Positions 30,732 through 42,214 are shown, counted from the first letter of the stretch. The stretch: 64,000 nt of DNA from an uncultured Methanoregulaceae archaeon (GCA_963841015.1 CAWJAX010000002.1:160001-224000), one strand, 5' to 3'. Notes: a model not told the origin generated them from the sequence alone. Translations and numbers: made by a program.

Positions 30732-31544
30732 TCATATCCTTGTGATCAACTCACTCCGGGAAAAGATCCGGATTCCTGTCCAGATCAGGACGGCATCAAT
30801 GGCAAAGAACACCAGACCGACAAGGACTGCCACCAAAGGTGAAAGGAATAGCAGTCCCATACTCTGGGCAACCATCAGGAAAATAATCAGGATGACGAGT
30901 ATGCTGGATGCCTGGTAGGCTTCCATGAAAGTACTGACTCGTGTCGAGATGATCACCGTTGCCGAGACCCCGAGCAGGGCAACCGCGGGAACGACAAAGA
31001 TCATGAGGGCCAGCCAGCTCTCTGTCGGGAACCAGATCCTGCCCATGACCGGGTAGCCGGCAATGTTTGTCACAAGTGCAAAGATCAGGAAATTCACCCA
31101 GGTATACACAACAGCCGGAATGAATGAGGCAAAAAGTTTGCCGAGGAATAACTCTGCATCGGTTGCGGGTGTGTAGAGGAGGGCTTCCAGAGTCTTTCGC
31201 TCTTTTTCCCCGACAAATGCCTCTGCTGCTATCATGCACGAGAGGATCAGCGGCAGTATGAGGAAGAGCGGTGCGATGAGGTACCCGAGGATGAGGACAA
31301 TCGGGAATTGCGCGGGAGAGAGTGTTCCCATCTGTTCAAGAAAAGCCGCAGGAATGCTGGCAGACAATTCATCGAAAGAAGGCTGAGTGCTTCCCGTTGT
31401 GACGACAGCGATCTGGGTGATAAGAAGCGGAAGACCAATGGCAAATATCACGGAAAGCACGATAGCGCCGGAGACAGCAATACGGTTTTTTGCTACCTCG
31501 AAGAGATCCTTTTCCGCAATTGCCCGGATAAACTGCCAGTTCAC
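30732..31544 (-). CDS. ABC-2 type transporter permease
   Basis: AEAFVGEKERKTLEALLYTP...LFLGK. Confidence 0.9.
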   Translation of the reverse strand: MNWQFIRAIAEKDLFEVAKNRIAVSGAIVLSVIFAIGLPLLITQIAVVTTGSTQPSFDELSASIPAAFLEQMGTLSPAQFPIVLILGYLIAPLFLILPLILSCMIAAEAFVGEKERKTLEALLYTPATDAELFLGKLFASFIPAVVYTWVNFLIFALVTNIAGYPVMGRIWFPTESWLALMIFVVPAVALLGVSATVIISTRVSTFMEAYQASSILVILIIFLMVAQSMGLLFLSPLVAVLVGLVFFAIDAVLIWTGIRIFSRSELITRI

Positions 31545-32485
31545 AGGACACTCCCTCCCTGGTCCTGGACGGCAAAATAAATCTCCTCAAGCGAGTAATC
31601 CCTCGGCGTGATTCGGAAGATCTCACCGCCATTGCTTACCACGATCCGGATCACTGCCGGTACAAGATCTTTTTGTGCAACCCTGATGGTTACCGTGGTA
31701 TCAGCCTGACTGTCAACAATTACCCCTTCCATCTCCCGTATCTTACCGATGACAGAAGACGGCGGGGGGGTGAGAAATTCCATTTCCACGGGCACTGCTT
31801 TCCAGAGTCGCTCCGTAAGATCATGGATACTTCCCTGGGCGAGAATCTTTCCTTTATTGATCATCGCCACGCGGGAGCAGAGGTGCTGGGCCTGGTTGAG
31901 ATTGTGCGTACACAAAAAAATTGTTTTTCCATTGTCCGCTGCGAGCTCCCGGATAATCCCCTCCACCTGACGTGATGCTTCCGGGTCAAGACCCGAGGTA
32001 GGCTCATCCAGAAAAATAACCTGCGGATCGTGAATCAGTGCACGGGCAATCGCAAGACGCTGCTTCATGCCTTTTGAAAATCCGCCCACCGCTTCATCTC
32101 CCCGATCTGCAAGATGCAGGAGCGAGAGGATCTTATTGACCCGCTGAGGGATATCTGCATCAGGAATACCATAGAACCTGCCAAAGAAAGAGAGATTCTT
32201 TTTTGCGCTGAGGCGTTCATAGAGCGACGGGGTTTCTGTAAGCACACCGGTCCTTGCCCGGACGTACGCCCCATCAACCGTCACATCTTTGCCAAAGAGG
32301 ATCGCTTTTCCTGAGGTAGGTGTCAGGACGCCGTTGAGCAGCCGGACGAGGGTGGTCTTACCGGAACCATTCGGTCCGAGAACGCCGAATACTTCTCCTT
32401 CCTCGATAGAGAAATTGATCCCATCGATTGCTGGAGTGCTGCCAAATGTCCGTACAAGGTTCTCTCCCTGGATTATCGGGTTCAT
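31541..32485 (-). CDS. ABC transporter ATP-binding protein
   Basis: GPNGSGKTT, FSKGMKQR, FLDEPTSGLD. Confidence 0.95.
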   Translation of the reverse strand: MNPIIQGENLVRTFGSTPAIDGINFSIEEGEVFGVLGPNGSGKTTLVRLLNGVLTPTSGKAILFGKDVTVDGAYVRARTGVLTETPSLYERLSAKKNLSFFGRFYGIPDADIPQRVNKILSLLHLADRGDEAVGGFSKGMKQRLAIARALIHDPQVIFLDEPTSGLDPEASRQVEGIIRELAADNGKTIFLCTHNLNQAQHLCSRVAMINKGKILAQGSIHDLTERLWKAVPVEMEFLTPPPSSVIGKIREMEGVIVDSQADTTVTIRVAQKDLVPAVIRIVVSNGGEIFRITPRDYSLEEIYFAVQDQGGSVL

Positions 32486-32559
32486 GGTATCTTTGTCCTT
32501 CTATCTTTTTTTTAATCGGGGAAAACAGTTGTGACCCGGGTGACTCATTGATGGTACGT

Positions 32560-32680
32560 TCCGCGATTGGTTTTACGCACGATATGACCTCACCAAAAAG
32601 AGTATCTCGCAAAAATAGTCGGGGTGAGAAGAGAGACCATTCTCGCCATTGAAAAAAAGGTACTGCTAGCCCCCGGTAAA
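32560..32680 (+). pseudogene. Remnant of an XRE-family HTH regulator
   Basis: Across frames: ARYDLT / YLAKIVGVRRETILAIEK. Confidence 0.6.
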
Positions 32681-32729
32681 ACCGGTACACGGTATCGCAG
32701 ATGTCCTGCACACGATAACTATCCAACAG

Positions 32730-32990
32730 CTAAACGAGTTTTCTTGCTTCTTCGGCCGGGATGGCAACCATGGTCTCTATATCCAGAAAGTGTGACCGGC
32801 GCATGGACAATTGCATTGCTTCCTTTTCATTCGGGGCTTCAATTATCGCCACAGCATCGTACCTGCCGAGTGTCCAGTCGATACTCAGGTATTTAATCCC
32901 CTTTTTTGATTCTTCTTCAATCATTTTTAAGTTCTCAGAAATAAAGTCCCTGGGCTTTGTTTTGAATTTCACCAGTGCAATGAAACGCAT
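32730..32990 (-). CDS. GYD domain-containing protein
   Basis: WTLGRYDAVAIIEAP...ETMVAIP. Confidence 0.88.
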   Translation of the reverse strand: MRFIALVKFKTKPRDFISENLKMIEEESKKGIKYLSIDWTLGRYDAVAIIEAPNEKEAMQLSMRRSHFLDIETMVAIPAEEARKLV

Positions 32991-33180
32991 AACTCACATC
33001 CTTTTCCCCAACACAGGTGGTATGGGTTGCTTTGGTATTGCTCATACACTATTTAACAGCACTCGCGGGTTACAAATTTTGAAAAAAGAGCAGCACTAAA
33101 AAAACAGTTGAGAGAAGCCAGATCTGAACCCTGTCCCCCTGGTATCTGCTGGCGAACGAAGATATATGGCGTTTTTTTGT

Positions 33181-33327
33181 TTAGCCTGTTTTACTTTCCT
33201 GGAATTCTGTTAATTGCATCGGCTCTCCATGGCAGAGAATCTCTCCCCCACCGGCTTCTGGTACAAGAACAACATTTCCCCAGACAGTACAACGGTACAC
33301 TTCGCCAGCTTTTTGAACATTTACCCT
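33181..33327 (-). pseudogene. Desulforedoxin-like small Fe protein, degenerate (AGG at the start position, CxxC reads CTVW)
   Basis: VNVQKAGEVYRCTVWGNVVLVPEAGGGEILCHGEPMQL...*. Confidence 0.65.
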
Positions 33328-33467
33328 TTGGGGCCTCTCACAAGCTTGTTGATTGTATTTTTTATTTTCATAAGGAGAGGATAATATTATGGATATCGTC
33401 AGATGTAAAAATCAGAACATCTCTTTTTCACCGTAAGAACAGATCAATCACGGGACCCATGATATTT

Positions 33468-33885
33468 GCCAACAGAACGCGAATTGTTGTTAAAAAACAA
33501 CCGGTTTATTTCATTCCTTTTCCACCCGAATGACGTCCGCACAGCAGAGTTCCGCTGCTTCGGCAGCACAATCCTCGAATTCTGCAGGAAGTCTCCCCTC
33601 CGCCTTGTTTCCGTTCAGCTGATATTTTTCTCTCACCTGGCTGAATGAATCGTCAGGATTCTGTTCGAAAATGTCCGGGCAGGTCTCCCAGCAGGTTCCG
33701 CAGATGGAGCAGTTTTCTCGATTCAGCATTATTTTCATGATCCAATCCTCCTTTCCTTTTCACCGCATGGCTACGATAGTGCCCTTTATCAAGCCGAAGG
33801 CTTTCACCCGGTAACCAAACAGCCCCTTCTTTACTCGTGAATTTCCTCACGACCATTGAGATCTGCCCAAAGAACACGCGTCTGA
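33468..33885 (+). repeat. Further copies of the cassette-boundary motif
   Basis: 33468 GCCAACAGAACGCGAAT (17 exact); 33856-33885 TTGAGATCTGCCCAAAGAACACGCGTCTGA; weak copy near 33143. Confidence 0.75.
33511..33738 (-). CDS. Ferredoxin (single-cluster type)
   Basis: CSICGTCWETCP...AAELCC. Confidence 0.9.
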   Translation of the reverse strand: MKIMLNRENCSICGTCWETCPDIFEQNPDDSFSQVREKYQLNGNKAEGRLPAEFEDCAAEAAELCCADVIRVEKE

Positions 33886-34176
33886 AAACGGTAACGGAGT
33901 GGGCGGGTTATTACTCCGCCCATATCATGAAGGTATAATCCAGTTCCCAGGTTTTCAGGCTTCCCGGGAGAAGCACGCGAAACAGGATCATTGCCATTCA
34001 TAGTTCAAGGTTTGAGAGAGCTCCTCCTACGGAGTTGGGGCAGAGTGATAGTGCGGAGTCATCTCTCTGATGAGTTATCGAAGAGAAAATAGATAAAAAT
34101 ATTCATAAAAAACAAAATTTGAAACGAATTTTGGAAATTGTAAAAATCAGCTTACCTCGTACCATAAAGATTAAAA

Positions 34177-34365
34177 TTACAATTTTTTTATTCCTTTCTT
34201 TATTCGAAAAAGAACATCAGCTGTTAATACAGGGATATTATGTTCAGATTCCATGTGTGAAAGTAATTGTCGTATGAGTTCCCGTTCAGTTGTTCCTTTC
34301 ACTTCGAATGAACAATCCATGCCCAAATCTCCGCATTTAATTGAAGCCAATGGACTGCGTTCCAT
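34177..34365 (-). CDS. DUF1059 small metal-binding protein, copy 2
   Basis: Near-identical to 28098-28286. Confidence 0.85.
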   Translation of the reverse strand: MERSPLASIKCGDLGMDCSFEVKGTTERELIRQLLSHMESEHNIPVLTADVLFRIKKGIKKL

Positions 34366-34685
34366 TGCACCTGGTACTTCCCGTCCTTCCCGTAACGACT
34401 GCACTCCTGATCACCAGTTTTGTTCTGAATCTCCATGAGTAAGAACACCCTTCGTTTTTTTTATTAATGAGGAAATTGTTAAGATTATTCCAGATAAACA
34501 AATTTTGAGACAAATTTTGAAACATTTGAAGAAAGGGACCATCTGCAATCAGAAGGGAACGATGTCCATCGGAACGCAGCAAGCTCCATTCATTATTCCA
34601 GGGGTCGATACACCTCATCACCGAATTGTTAATGAGACATCATGTGCAGACTACACACAAGGAAAATCCACAAAAATCCGCTATC

Positions 34686-35711
34686 ATGAATTCCCTCACC
34701 GAGTTCTCTAATTTATCCCGCGGCCTGATCACTCTTGCAGCAGTCATCCTGATACTCGCCGGGATGAAAGCTGCAGCATCCTTCCTGGCCCCGCTCCTTT
34801 TCTCAATATTTCTGGCGGTAATCTTCGGCATGCTTCTCCACTGGTTTGAGAAAAAAGGTCTTTCCCCCCGTCTTGCCCTCATCTCAACCTTAGGAGTCTT
34901 CCTGGCCATCATGGCCGTGTTTATCGTCGTGATTGCAGGGTCGTTTCTCCAGATCCTTTCCGAGCTTCCCCGCTACCAGCATGAACTGGAAAAAACCCTT
35001 GAACCGGGTAACCCCTTACTCAGCATCCCCGGTCTGGATCTCTCCTCACTGACCGTCCAGGACCTTATCCAATCTCTCTCTTCCCAGGCAGCAGGCATGA
35101 TCGTGGGCATAACAAATGTGATAGGTATCGCCGTAATTATTCTTGTTACCACCCTCTTCCTCATTTTTGAAGCCAGGGGTTTTACGTCAAAGCTGCAGCA
35201 GATCATTGAAGAATACCGCCCCGGCGACCTGAACCGGTTCACCACGCTCGCGCAGAAAAACGTAGACTACATCATCATCAGGACCAAGGTAAATCTTGCC
35301 ATGGGTGCTGGTGTGGCGATCATTCTCGCCTTGCTCGGAGTAAAATACGCCGTATTCTGGGGATTCCTCGCCTTCCTGCTTGGATTTATACCCTATATCG
35401 GGTTCTGGCTTGCGGTTGTTCCGCCTATGCTCATCGCCTGGGTCAGTCTTGGTCCCGTGTATGCCCTCCTGGTGCTCGCCGGATCGGCGCTGGTGAATTT
35501 TCTTGCCGAGTACATTATGTTCCCCGGTCTCGCAGGGCGGGGACTGGAACTTTCCGCAGCTGTAGTGTTCATCTCCCTTCTTTTCTGGGGGTATATTCTC
35601 GGAGGAATCGGGGTCCTCATTGCTGTGCCCCTGACCCTTTTTGTTCAGTTGATCTGCGAATTGTCTGAAGAGACCCGGTGGGTCAGCGTCCTTCTTGGAC
35701 CATCTGCGTAA
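34686..35711 (+). CDS. AI-2E family transporter (YhhT/TqsA-like)
   Basis: WGFLAFLLGFIPYIG, SLLFWGYILGGIGVLIAVPLT. Confidence 0.9.
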   Translation: MNSLTEFSNLSRGLITLAAVILILAGMKAAASFLAPLLFSIFLAVIFGMLLHWFEKKGLSPRLALISTLGVFLAIMAVFIVVIAGSFLQILSELPRYQHELEKTLEPGNPLLSIPGLDLSSLTVQDLIQSLSSQAAGMIVGITNVIGIAVIILVTTLFLIFEARGFTSKLQQIIEEYRPGDLNRFTTLAQKNVDYIIIRTKVNLAMGAGVAIILALLGVKYAVFWGFLAFLLGFIPYIGFWLAVVPPMLIAWVSLGPVYALLVLAGSALVNFLAEYIMFPGLAGRGLELSAAVVFISLLFWGYILGGIGVLIAVPLTLFVQLICELSEETRWVSVLLGPSA

Positions 35712-35961
35712 CGGGAGAAACAGGGATGCAGCGATTGGCTTCCCGCCCGAATTTTTATACGCACCATAAGACCCGGAGACCGGGTCAGCCCATTGCTGCC
35801 TCCCAGATGGGAGGACGGGCTCCGGACCGGGACTCACGAACATCGCCCAGGGGATCCACTTGGAGCGAAGCGTCACTCCTGTAATTTTTGCGATTTTTTA
35901 CAGAAGACTGTGTTTTTTTTATTAATCCAAATTATAACGAATGGAGAAAAAACGGATATAC

Positions 35962-36710
35962 TTAATTCCCGTTTTTGAGAACAAAAAACGTGTATCCATA
36001 TTCCTTCGAATACTTCCGGTGGATCTCCATCTCCTTTTCTAACCCTTTGATAATGGATTGTGCATCGGCATTATCCTTATACCTCTCTTTTAATCCGGGC
36101 ACCTTCTTCGACAACGGAGTATAATAGTGATCCCACCATGCGGCATCAGGGAGCCTGAACGAACTGATTACCGTATACCCGGCCGATCGGATTATGTCCT
36201 CAGTATCCGGTACTGATTTCATATCCGGACATTCTTCCCCCAAAAAGCTCTGCATTCCTCTGAGGGTGCATCGGTAAACCATGTACAGTCCGAGACTACC
36301 AGGTATCCATCCGGTTGTAAAAATTTTTTCCAGTACTGGAGAGCCGGGGATAACCCCATGATAAATGCAGAACCCTCAGACCAGATAATATCAAATGAGA
36401 CCTCGTTAAACGGAAGATTGTCCATGGATGCCCGATACGTCACGATTCTTGTGTCCAACCCGGCATTTTTTGCCCGGTGAATAAGATCATCCAGGAACGG
36501 CTGGTGAACATCTACGGCGGTGATCCTGCAATCAGGACAGAGCCTGGCAAGGGCAAGGGTCTGCATACCGGAGCCGCACCCGATATCAAGAATTTTTCCC
36601 CGTCTGTGATCCGGTGGGATGCATGACCATGCATGTGCCGTAGATTCATCAGTACCGGGACCCTGACGGGGTAAATCTTCAAACATCTTGCAGATAAGCG
36701 TTACATCCAT
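35962..36710 (-). CDS. Class I SAM-dependent methyltransferase, frameshift near 36243
   Basis: PRQGPG, ILDIGCGSG, DIIWSEG; C-terminus (YGYTFFVL) is in an adjacent frame. Confidence 0.85.
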
Positions 36711-36950
36711 TATACCAAGGTTAAAAAAAGAGATGATAACCCTTCTGGTTTTCTGACAACATAAGGCATGCCCGGCTGATGAAGCAAAACGTGAACGATC
36801 CTTCAATAATATCACTTCGTGTATCCCGTGATGCAGGTATGCAAAGGAGTGCGTCGGTGAAGAGATATACCGGAAACCTGTGGAGGAGAAAGAGGGATGA
36901 GGGAACGTGCACATCAACGGGTGAAAGAATCCTGACTTGGAAAAATGTGA

Positions 36951-37766
36951 TTATCCTGCCGGTGCAGGAACCGGAGGGACCGTTTTTGGTTCTCCCTGGT
37001 CGTACACGAGCGAGAAGTACCTGGCAGAGAAGATGGTAAAGATCGGGTTGACAACAAGGAGAAGGACCCAGCCGATATACGGGATAAATGACAGGATACC
37101 GGTAATGACGGCATAGATGACCATGGCTATGACGTACCCGATGAGGAGGATGATGTAGGAAATCCACCCGATGGTTCTTATCGTCGTAAGTATCGCTGAA
37201 AAACGGATGCCTTCGCGGATGCTTCCCGTCCGGGCAAACCGAACGGCACCGAGGATTCCAAAGAGCAGGACGATGATGAAGAGAATACCCTCCACGAAAA
37301 GGAGCAGCAGAATAAAGGAGACCAGGAGTATCCAGTCCGGTGAACCGGATAGTGCCTGGGTGGAAAGGAACGTGGTGAGTGCAAGGGCGATTCCCGCTGC
37401 CAGCACGAGTATGAGGGGAAGGATCCAGAGGAACCAGACCACTGCGAGCTTAATGCCATCGACAAAAAGGTCAGTCCACCCGGTGAAATCAGGGGCGGGT
37501 GATGTTCCCCGGTAGATACGGACGGTATAGCCCGAGATAAAGAACGAGAGAATGAAGCCGAGGCCGGCAAGGACCGCGATCTGGCCCCACGGGATCGCAC
37601 CCCAGTTTAGCTCAGTACCGGTCATGATTGTTTTGGGATCGATAAGGAACTGGATAAGCGAGAACGGGAGGGCAAAGAGAATGAAGATCGCCCACCGGGT
37701 CCATTTTCCTACCAGTGCTTCCTGCGCATAGGTGAATGAATCTGAAAGCAGTGCTCCGATATCCAT
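36951..37766 (-). CDS. DUF4013 membrane protein
   Basis: GYTVRIYRG...P.F..W..LFVDGIK. Confidence 0.85.
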   Translation of the reverse strand: MDIGALLSDSFTYAQEALVGKWTRWAIFILFALPFSLIQFLIDPKTIMTGTELNWGAIPWGQIAVLAGLGFILSFFISGYTVRIYRGTSPAPDFTGWTDLFVDGIKLAVVWFLWILPLILVLAAGIALALTTFLSTQALSGSPDWILLVSFILLLLFVEGILFIIVLLFGILGAVRFARTGSIREGIRFSAILTTIRTIGWISYIILLIGYVIAMVIYAVITGILSFIPYIGWVLLLVVNPIFTIFSARYFSLVYDQGEPKTVPPVPAPAG

Positions 37767-37986
37767 ACAGAAGATCACGTGAGATAATGGTATATCAACT
37801 CTTGTACGGGGGGATGCCGGGTGGACATACGAAAATCCAGTCAGTGAGCGTTGATTTGATGGGGATCCTGTTGAAATGGATGATGGGGGGGTCGGACCAA
37901 AAAAAAATGAGCAACCAGGAAGATGAAGTGGCGAAGTCGTCCGTGAGAAAAGAAAGGTTTATTCACCTGTGTCCGATTGTATAGTA

Positions 37987-38439
37987 ATGGACCGGATTAT
38001 AGTCTCACTGGATTTTCTTGAATTCCCTCCTACCCATACCTGCGATGGCGGGAATCTGTCTCCCCGCCTTACCCTTAAGGGATTGAATGCATCATCAGTT
38101 GCTGTTATGATCTTCAACCCGTTCGAAAAATCCTGTTGTTCTTTCACCCCCTGGATTGTCTGGAATATCCCCCCCGTGCAGCAGATCCCTCCCGGAATCC
38201 CCCATGGAGGCAGGGTCACTTCACCCATCGCAGCTGTGCAGGGCATCACGGACTATGGGACCATCGGCTATACGGGTCCGTGTCCTCCGCATGGCCAGAT
38301 GATACGGTATCTGTTCAGGGTATATGGGCTGGATGCGATGCTGGATCTCCCAGCAGGATCCAACAAACATGAGCTTATAACTGCGATGAAAGGGCATGCG
38401 ATCCAGTTTGGCGATACGGCCGCTGTATGTTCACGATGA
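37987..38439 (+). CDS. YbhB/YbcL (PEBP) family protein
   Basis: TCDGGNLSP, WIVWNIP, GYTGPCPP, RYLFRVYGLD. Confidence 0.9.
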   Translation: MDRIIVSLDFLEFPPTHTCDGGNLSPRLTLKGLNASSVAVMIFNPFEKSCCSFTPWIVWNIPPVQQIPPGIPHGGRVTSPIAAVQGITDYGTIGYTGPCPPHGQMIRYLFRVYGLDAMLDLPAGSNKHELITAMKGHAIQFGDTAAVCSR

Positions 38440-38659
38440 TTAGGATTACATTTTACACAAGGTATAGGAAAGCCCTTGAGAGATCCTCTGTTCTCCGAAG
38501 TGAATAACTGACCACACCAGCTCAGGAACGGTTCAGCCGGCTGCCATTCAGATAACTGATATAAACGATTCTTTTTAAGGGAGCCGCCGGAATACCTTTG
38601 AACCTCAGGACCCCCCGGAGCAGATCCGGTATCACGGGTTTAAAAAACGATTTTTTGGA

Positions 38660-40313
38660 TCATTCCTTCACGGTAATTACCCGGAAGATCCTTCCGTCTT
38701 TGAAGAGTGAGATCTTCCCCCCGCTCTGGGAGAGCACGATCCCGACAGCCGGTGTTTCCTGGGTAATGCCTGCCACGGATGCATGACGGGTACCAAGACC
38801 TTTGGGGATGGAAGCCTGGCTGGTATCGATGGTGATGTACCGCCCGGCTGCCTCAATGGTCCCGTCACCGGCAATGATGAAGGCGCCGTCAATCTGGGAG
38901 AGTTCCTTGACGGTCTCCCGGATCTCATGATTGGTCATGTTCCGTGCCGATCGGGGATGACCCTCAAAGGGGTTGAGGATCAACTGGGTTGATCTCGCCA
39001 GTACTTCGGGGGCACTCCCGATCATGAAGGTGGTCCCGATCGGCTTTCCTTCCCTTCCCTCCCGGGAAAGCTCAAGTGAGAGGGTATACACCTCCTCAAA
39101 CACCTCCTCCCTGATATCCGTTCCTTCAAGGAACTTGCTGATCCAGGTGGCAGATCCTGTCGGGAGATCCTTCTGGTTGATTTTCCGGTCAGTGATATCG
39201 TAGCCAATGGATAACATCTCGGTGAGCCGGCCCTGGTCATCCCGGATCGTTCGGTTGCTCCAGGCAATCCACACGCGTTCACCGTCCCGTTTCATGTTCT
39301 CATTCACGTTGATTTCAAACTCATCCGGGTTCTGCATAACGTCCCGTACCATCCGCACGAGGTCCCGTCCGGTGCGGGATTTCTGGGGGAGAATGGTACC
39401 TACCAGGTTTTGACCGGCAAGTTCCTCCTGGGTGAATCCAAAAAAGGCTGCCCCGGATTTGTTGATAAACCGGATCATGCCACGGGTATCCACGCGGAGC
39501 ACAATACTGTTTGCGCTGTCAAGGAGGTCCTGGTAGCGTACCTCACTTTTCCGGAGCAGATCCCGCATCCGGACATAGTCCGTTATATCCTGACCAATGA
39601 AGATCTGGCCCTTTTCCGGATCAGCAGGATCGATAGGGCGTGAGAGGAGGTGACAATGGATCAGGGTGCCGTCTTTGCGTTTCAGCAGACCCTCGACCAT
39701 GCCCCACCCCCCTTCGGTCGGGCCTTCAAAAAGACCTGTATCAATACGACGGTGCTCCGCTTCATCCGGAAAGAGGTGGATTGGATCGGAGCCGATCAGC
39801 TCGCTTTCAGTGTACCCGAGCTTCCTTGGGATAATAGCGTTCACCCAGAGGATCCGGTGATCTTTAATCACACAGGCTGCAATGGGAGAGGCATCATGGA
39901 TAGCCCGCATGATGATGTTATCCTGTACCATCTGCTCATCGATCCTGCGGTGCGCAACAAGGTTTTTGATAACCGGAACAAGCAGATCCTGATGGTTTTT
40001 GTCAGTAACATCCCAGAGATAATAATCAGCACCGGCGCTGAGTGCACGGTCAGCACGGTTACTTTCAAGCGCGTCAGTCAGAAATAGTCACAGGGACCCC
40101 CGTAGTGCAGGTCCGAATCTTTCGGAGGATTTCCAGCCCGTCACAATCATCTGCATTGTCATGGATAATGACGATGTCAGGACGTTGCCAGGACAGGACT
40201 TCCCCGATATCGGTCTTTTCGGGCAGCCGGGATACGTTCAGTTCCCCGTTCGCTTCACACCACCCGAAGAGTTCCGGACTGCTGGCAGGATCAACCAGGA
40301 GTACCCTTAACAT
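38660..40313 (-). CDS. REC-PAS-PAS-diadenylate cyclase (DisA_N/DAC); frameshift near 40083
   Basis: DAC motifs SQIDGAFII and GLGTRHASVAGIT; two PAS/PAC domains. The frame is open upstream of 39931 (LTDALESNRADRALSAGADYYL...) and joins the REC ORF 40074-40334 with a 1-nt shift. Confidence 0.85.
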
Positions 40314-40684
40314 GGGTAGTTTTCTCACTGGCAATCCTCATCAAACTATGTGACGACATCTTGCCCTTCACCGTGGTGCAGCGGGCCGGGGAATGCATCT
40401 TATGGAGGGGTGACGGTCTGCCATAGACCTCCTTGTCAGGGACAAATCCCGGACCAGGACTGTCCTGCCTGGCCTGGCTGCAGCCCCATCGTTTTCCAGG
40501 ATCCCGTACATTTCTCCCCCAGCCCGCTGATGAGGGATAGGAAGAATGCAGCCGGGTTCGCCCGGCATACCCTTTCGGAGAATATCAGGAATGGTTGTTT
40601 CTCAGATTCCAAAAGCGGTAGGATTTATCTACGCGCTCGTAATGATCGGGATTACGCGTATCTCTGGTATTTTCCTGCAGCTGG

Positions 40685-42001
40685 TTATACTCTCGTTGTT
40701 GATGAATCTTCAGCCATCTTTCCTGCACCCTTCCTCGTATAGGGGAGGGAGAAACGGTAACTCACGACAAAGCCCATGACCAGTGCGATGGCCATTGCCG
40801 GGACGAGCTCCGGCTCAAAAACAATGGCGATGATGAGAGCAATGGCAATCGGGCTCCTGAGCAGGGCAACACTGAAGCCGGCAATCACGCAGACGAGGCA
40901 GACGGCTAGCGGCATAAAGGGGAAGAGCCGGAATACCAGGATTCCCAGGGTCCCCCCGATAAAGAAACCCGGGAAGATGTATCCCCCGGCAAAACCGGTG
41001 GAAAAGGAGAACGTTACAAGGACCATCTTTACCAGGACAAGGAGAAATAAAAGGACAAGGCTGACCTCAAGAGAGTTGTTGATGAGGACCTGGAGCTGGT
41101 CATTGCCCATAAAAAGGGTAAGGGGGAAAAGCATGCCTGCCAGCCCTAGTCCAAGACCGCCGATGAGGCCAAGGATGACAGGCTGGTGCTCCATCGGCTC
41201 AAAAAGCGCCCGCATTTTCTTGTAAAGGATAATGAAGAAAATCCCGCATACCCCGCCGATCAGGCCAAGAGCGACTGCATAGATGAGGTCAATGTCCTTG
41301 AATCCCCCGTAGGGCGGAAGGGTAAACATACTGCCGATGAAAGAACCTGATATCAGGAAATACGCGGCAAATCCTGCCGTGGCAGCCACGATCGAAGGAA
41401 GAACCGCCTTCCAGGTCATGATTCCTTTTTCCAGGGTGGTCTCGATAAAGATGAGGGCCCCGGCAAACGGTGAGGTGAGGAATGCCCCAAAAAAGCCACT
41501 GATGGCAGAGAGCGCTGAAAGGGTGACCACCGGGGGCGGCATGCGGGCTTTCTCCGCGATGGTACCACCCACTGCACCGGTGGCGACCGTAAGCGGTGCC
41601 TCCGGGCCGAGCGGAGCACCGCAGACAAGGGAGACCAGTCCCCGCAAGAAGAGCTCCAGTCCTCGTTTCAGGGTAAACCTCCCTTTCTCATTAAACTCGA
41701 TGAGATCCTCTGCCATGATGGCAATCTCACCGTTAAAATAATGCCGTATCACTCCAGCCCCCAGCCCCCCAACAACACAGATAACCAGAATGATGGGATT
41801 AAAAATTGGCGTCAGGGAGTCAACAGGTATGTCTTTCCACAGGATAGGGGTCAGAAATTCCTGGAGGAAAACAAACGCGATCATCATGAGGGCGCCGATA
41901 ATCCCGATGAGGGAGACAAAGAGCAGGAGAATGTAGAACTTTCCAGTGTTCAGCGAATCAGAAGCTTCATCGATCTTTTTACTGCTGGTATCTTCGGGCA
42001 T
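40685..42001 (-). CDS. CLC-family chloride channel/transporter
   Basis: GAPLGPEAP, GFAGGYIFP, many TM helices. Confidence 0.88.
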   Translation of the reverse strand: MPEDTSSKKIDEASDSLNTGKFYILLLFVSLIGIIGALMMIAFVFLQEFLTPILWKDIPVDSLTPIFNPIILVICVVGGLGAGVIRHYFNGEIAIMAEDLIEFNEKGRFTLKRGLELFLRGLVSLVCGAPLGPEAPLTVATGAVGGTIAEKARMPPPVVTLSALSAISGFFGAFLTSPFAGALIFIETTLEKGIMTWKAVLPSIVAATAGFAAYFLISGSFIGSMFTLPPYGGFKDIDLIYAVALGLIGGVCGIFFIILYKKMRALFEPMEHQPVILGLIGGLGLGLAGMLFPLTLFMGNDQLQVLINNSLEVSLVLLFLLVLVKMVLVTFSFSTGFAGGYIFPGFFIGGTLGILVFRLFPFMPLAVCLVCVIAGFSVALLRSPIAIALIIAIVFEPELVPAMAIALVMGFVVSYRFSLPYTRKGAGKMAEDSSTTRV

Positions 42002-42214
42002 CGCAGGTCTCCTGTATAGAATGAAAAACAAGGCAGTATTAAATACCACCACATTTAATCGAATCGCTCTGTCTCCGGTTTTCCTGAATTTTTGTCCCGA
42101 AACCTCATGAGAGTATATTCACCTGGTCCGGATAGCGTCATGAGGGGGAATTCCTCTGACTTCTATCCTGACTGTGCACCACCTTTTTATTTTCCGGAGA
42201 TGACCCGTTGGTAC

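Noticed and set aside
40685-42001. Fluoride-specific CLC-F assignment
   Set aside because: Lacks the GNNLI/GREGT/GEVTP signatures, and no fluoride riboswitch is evident.
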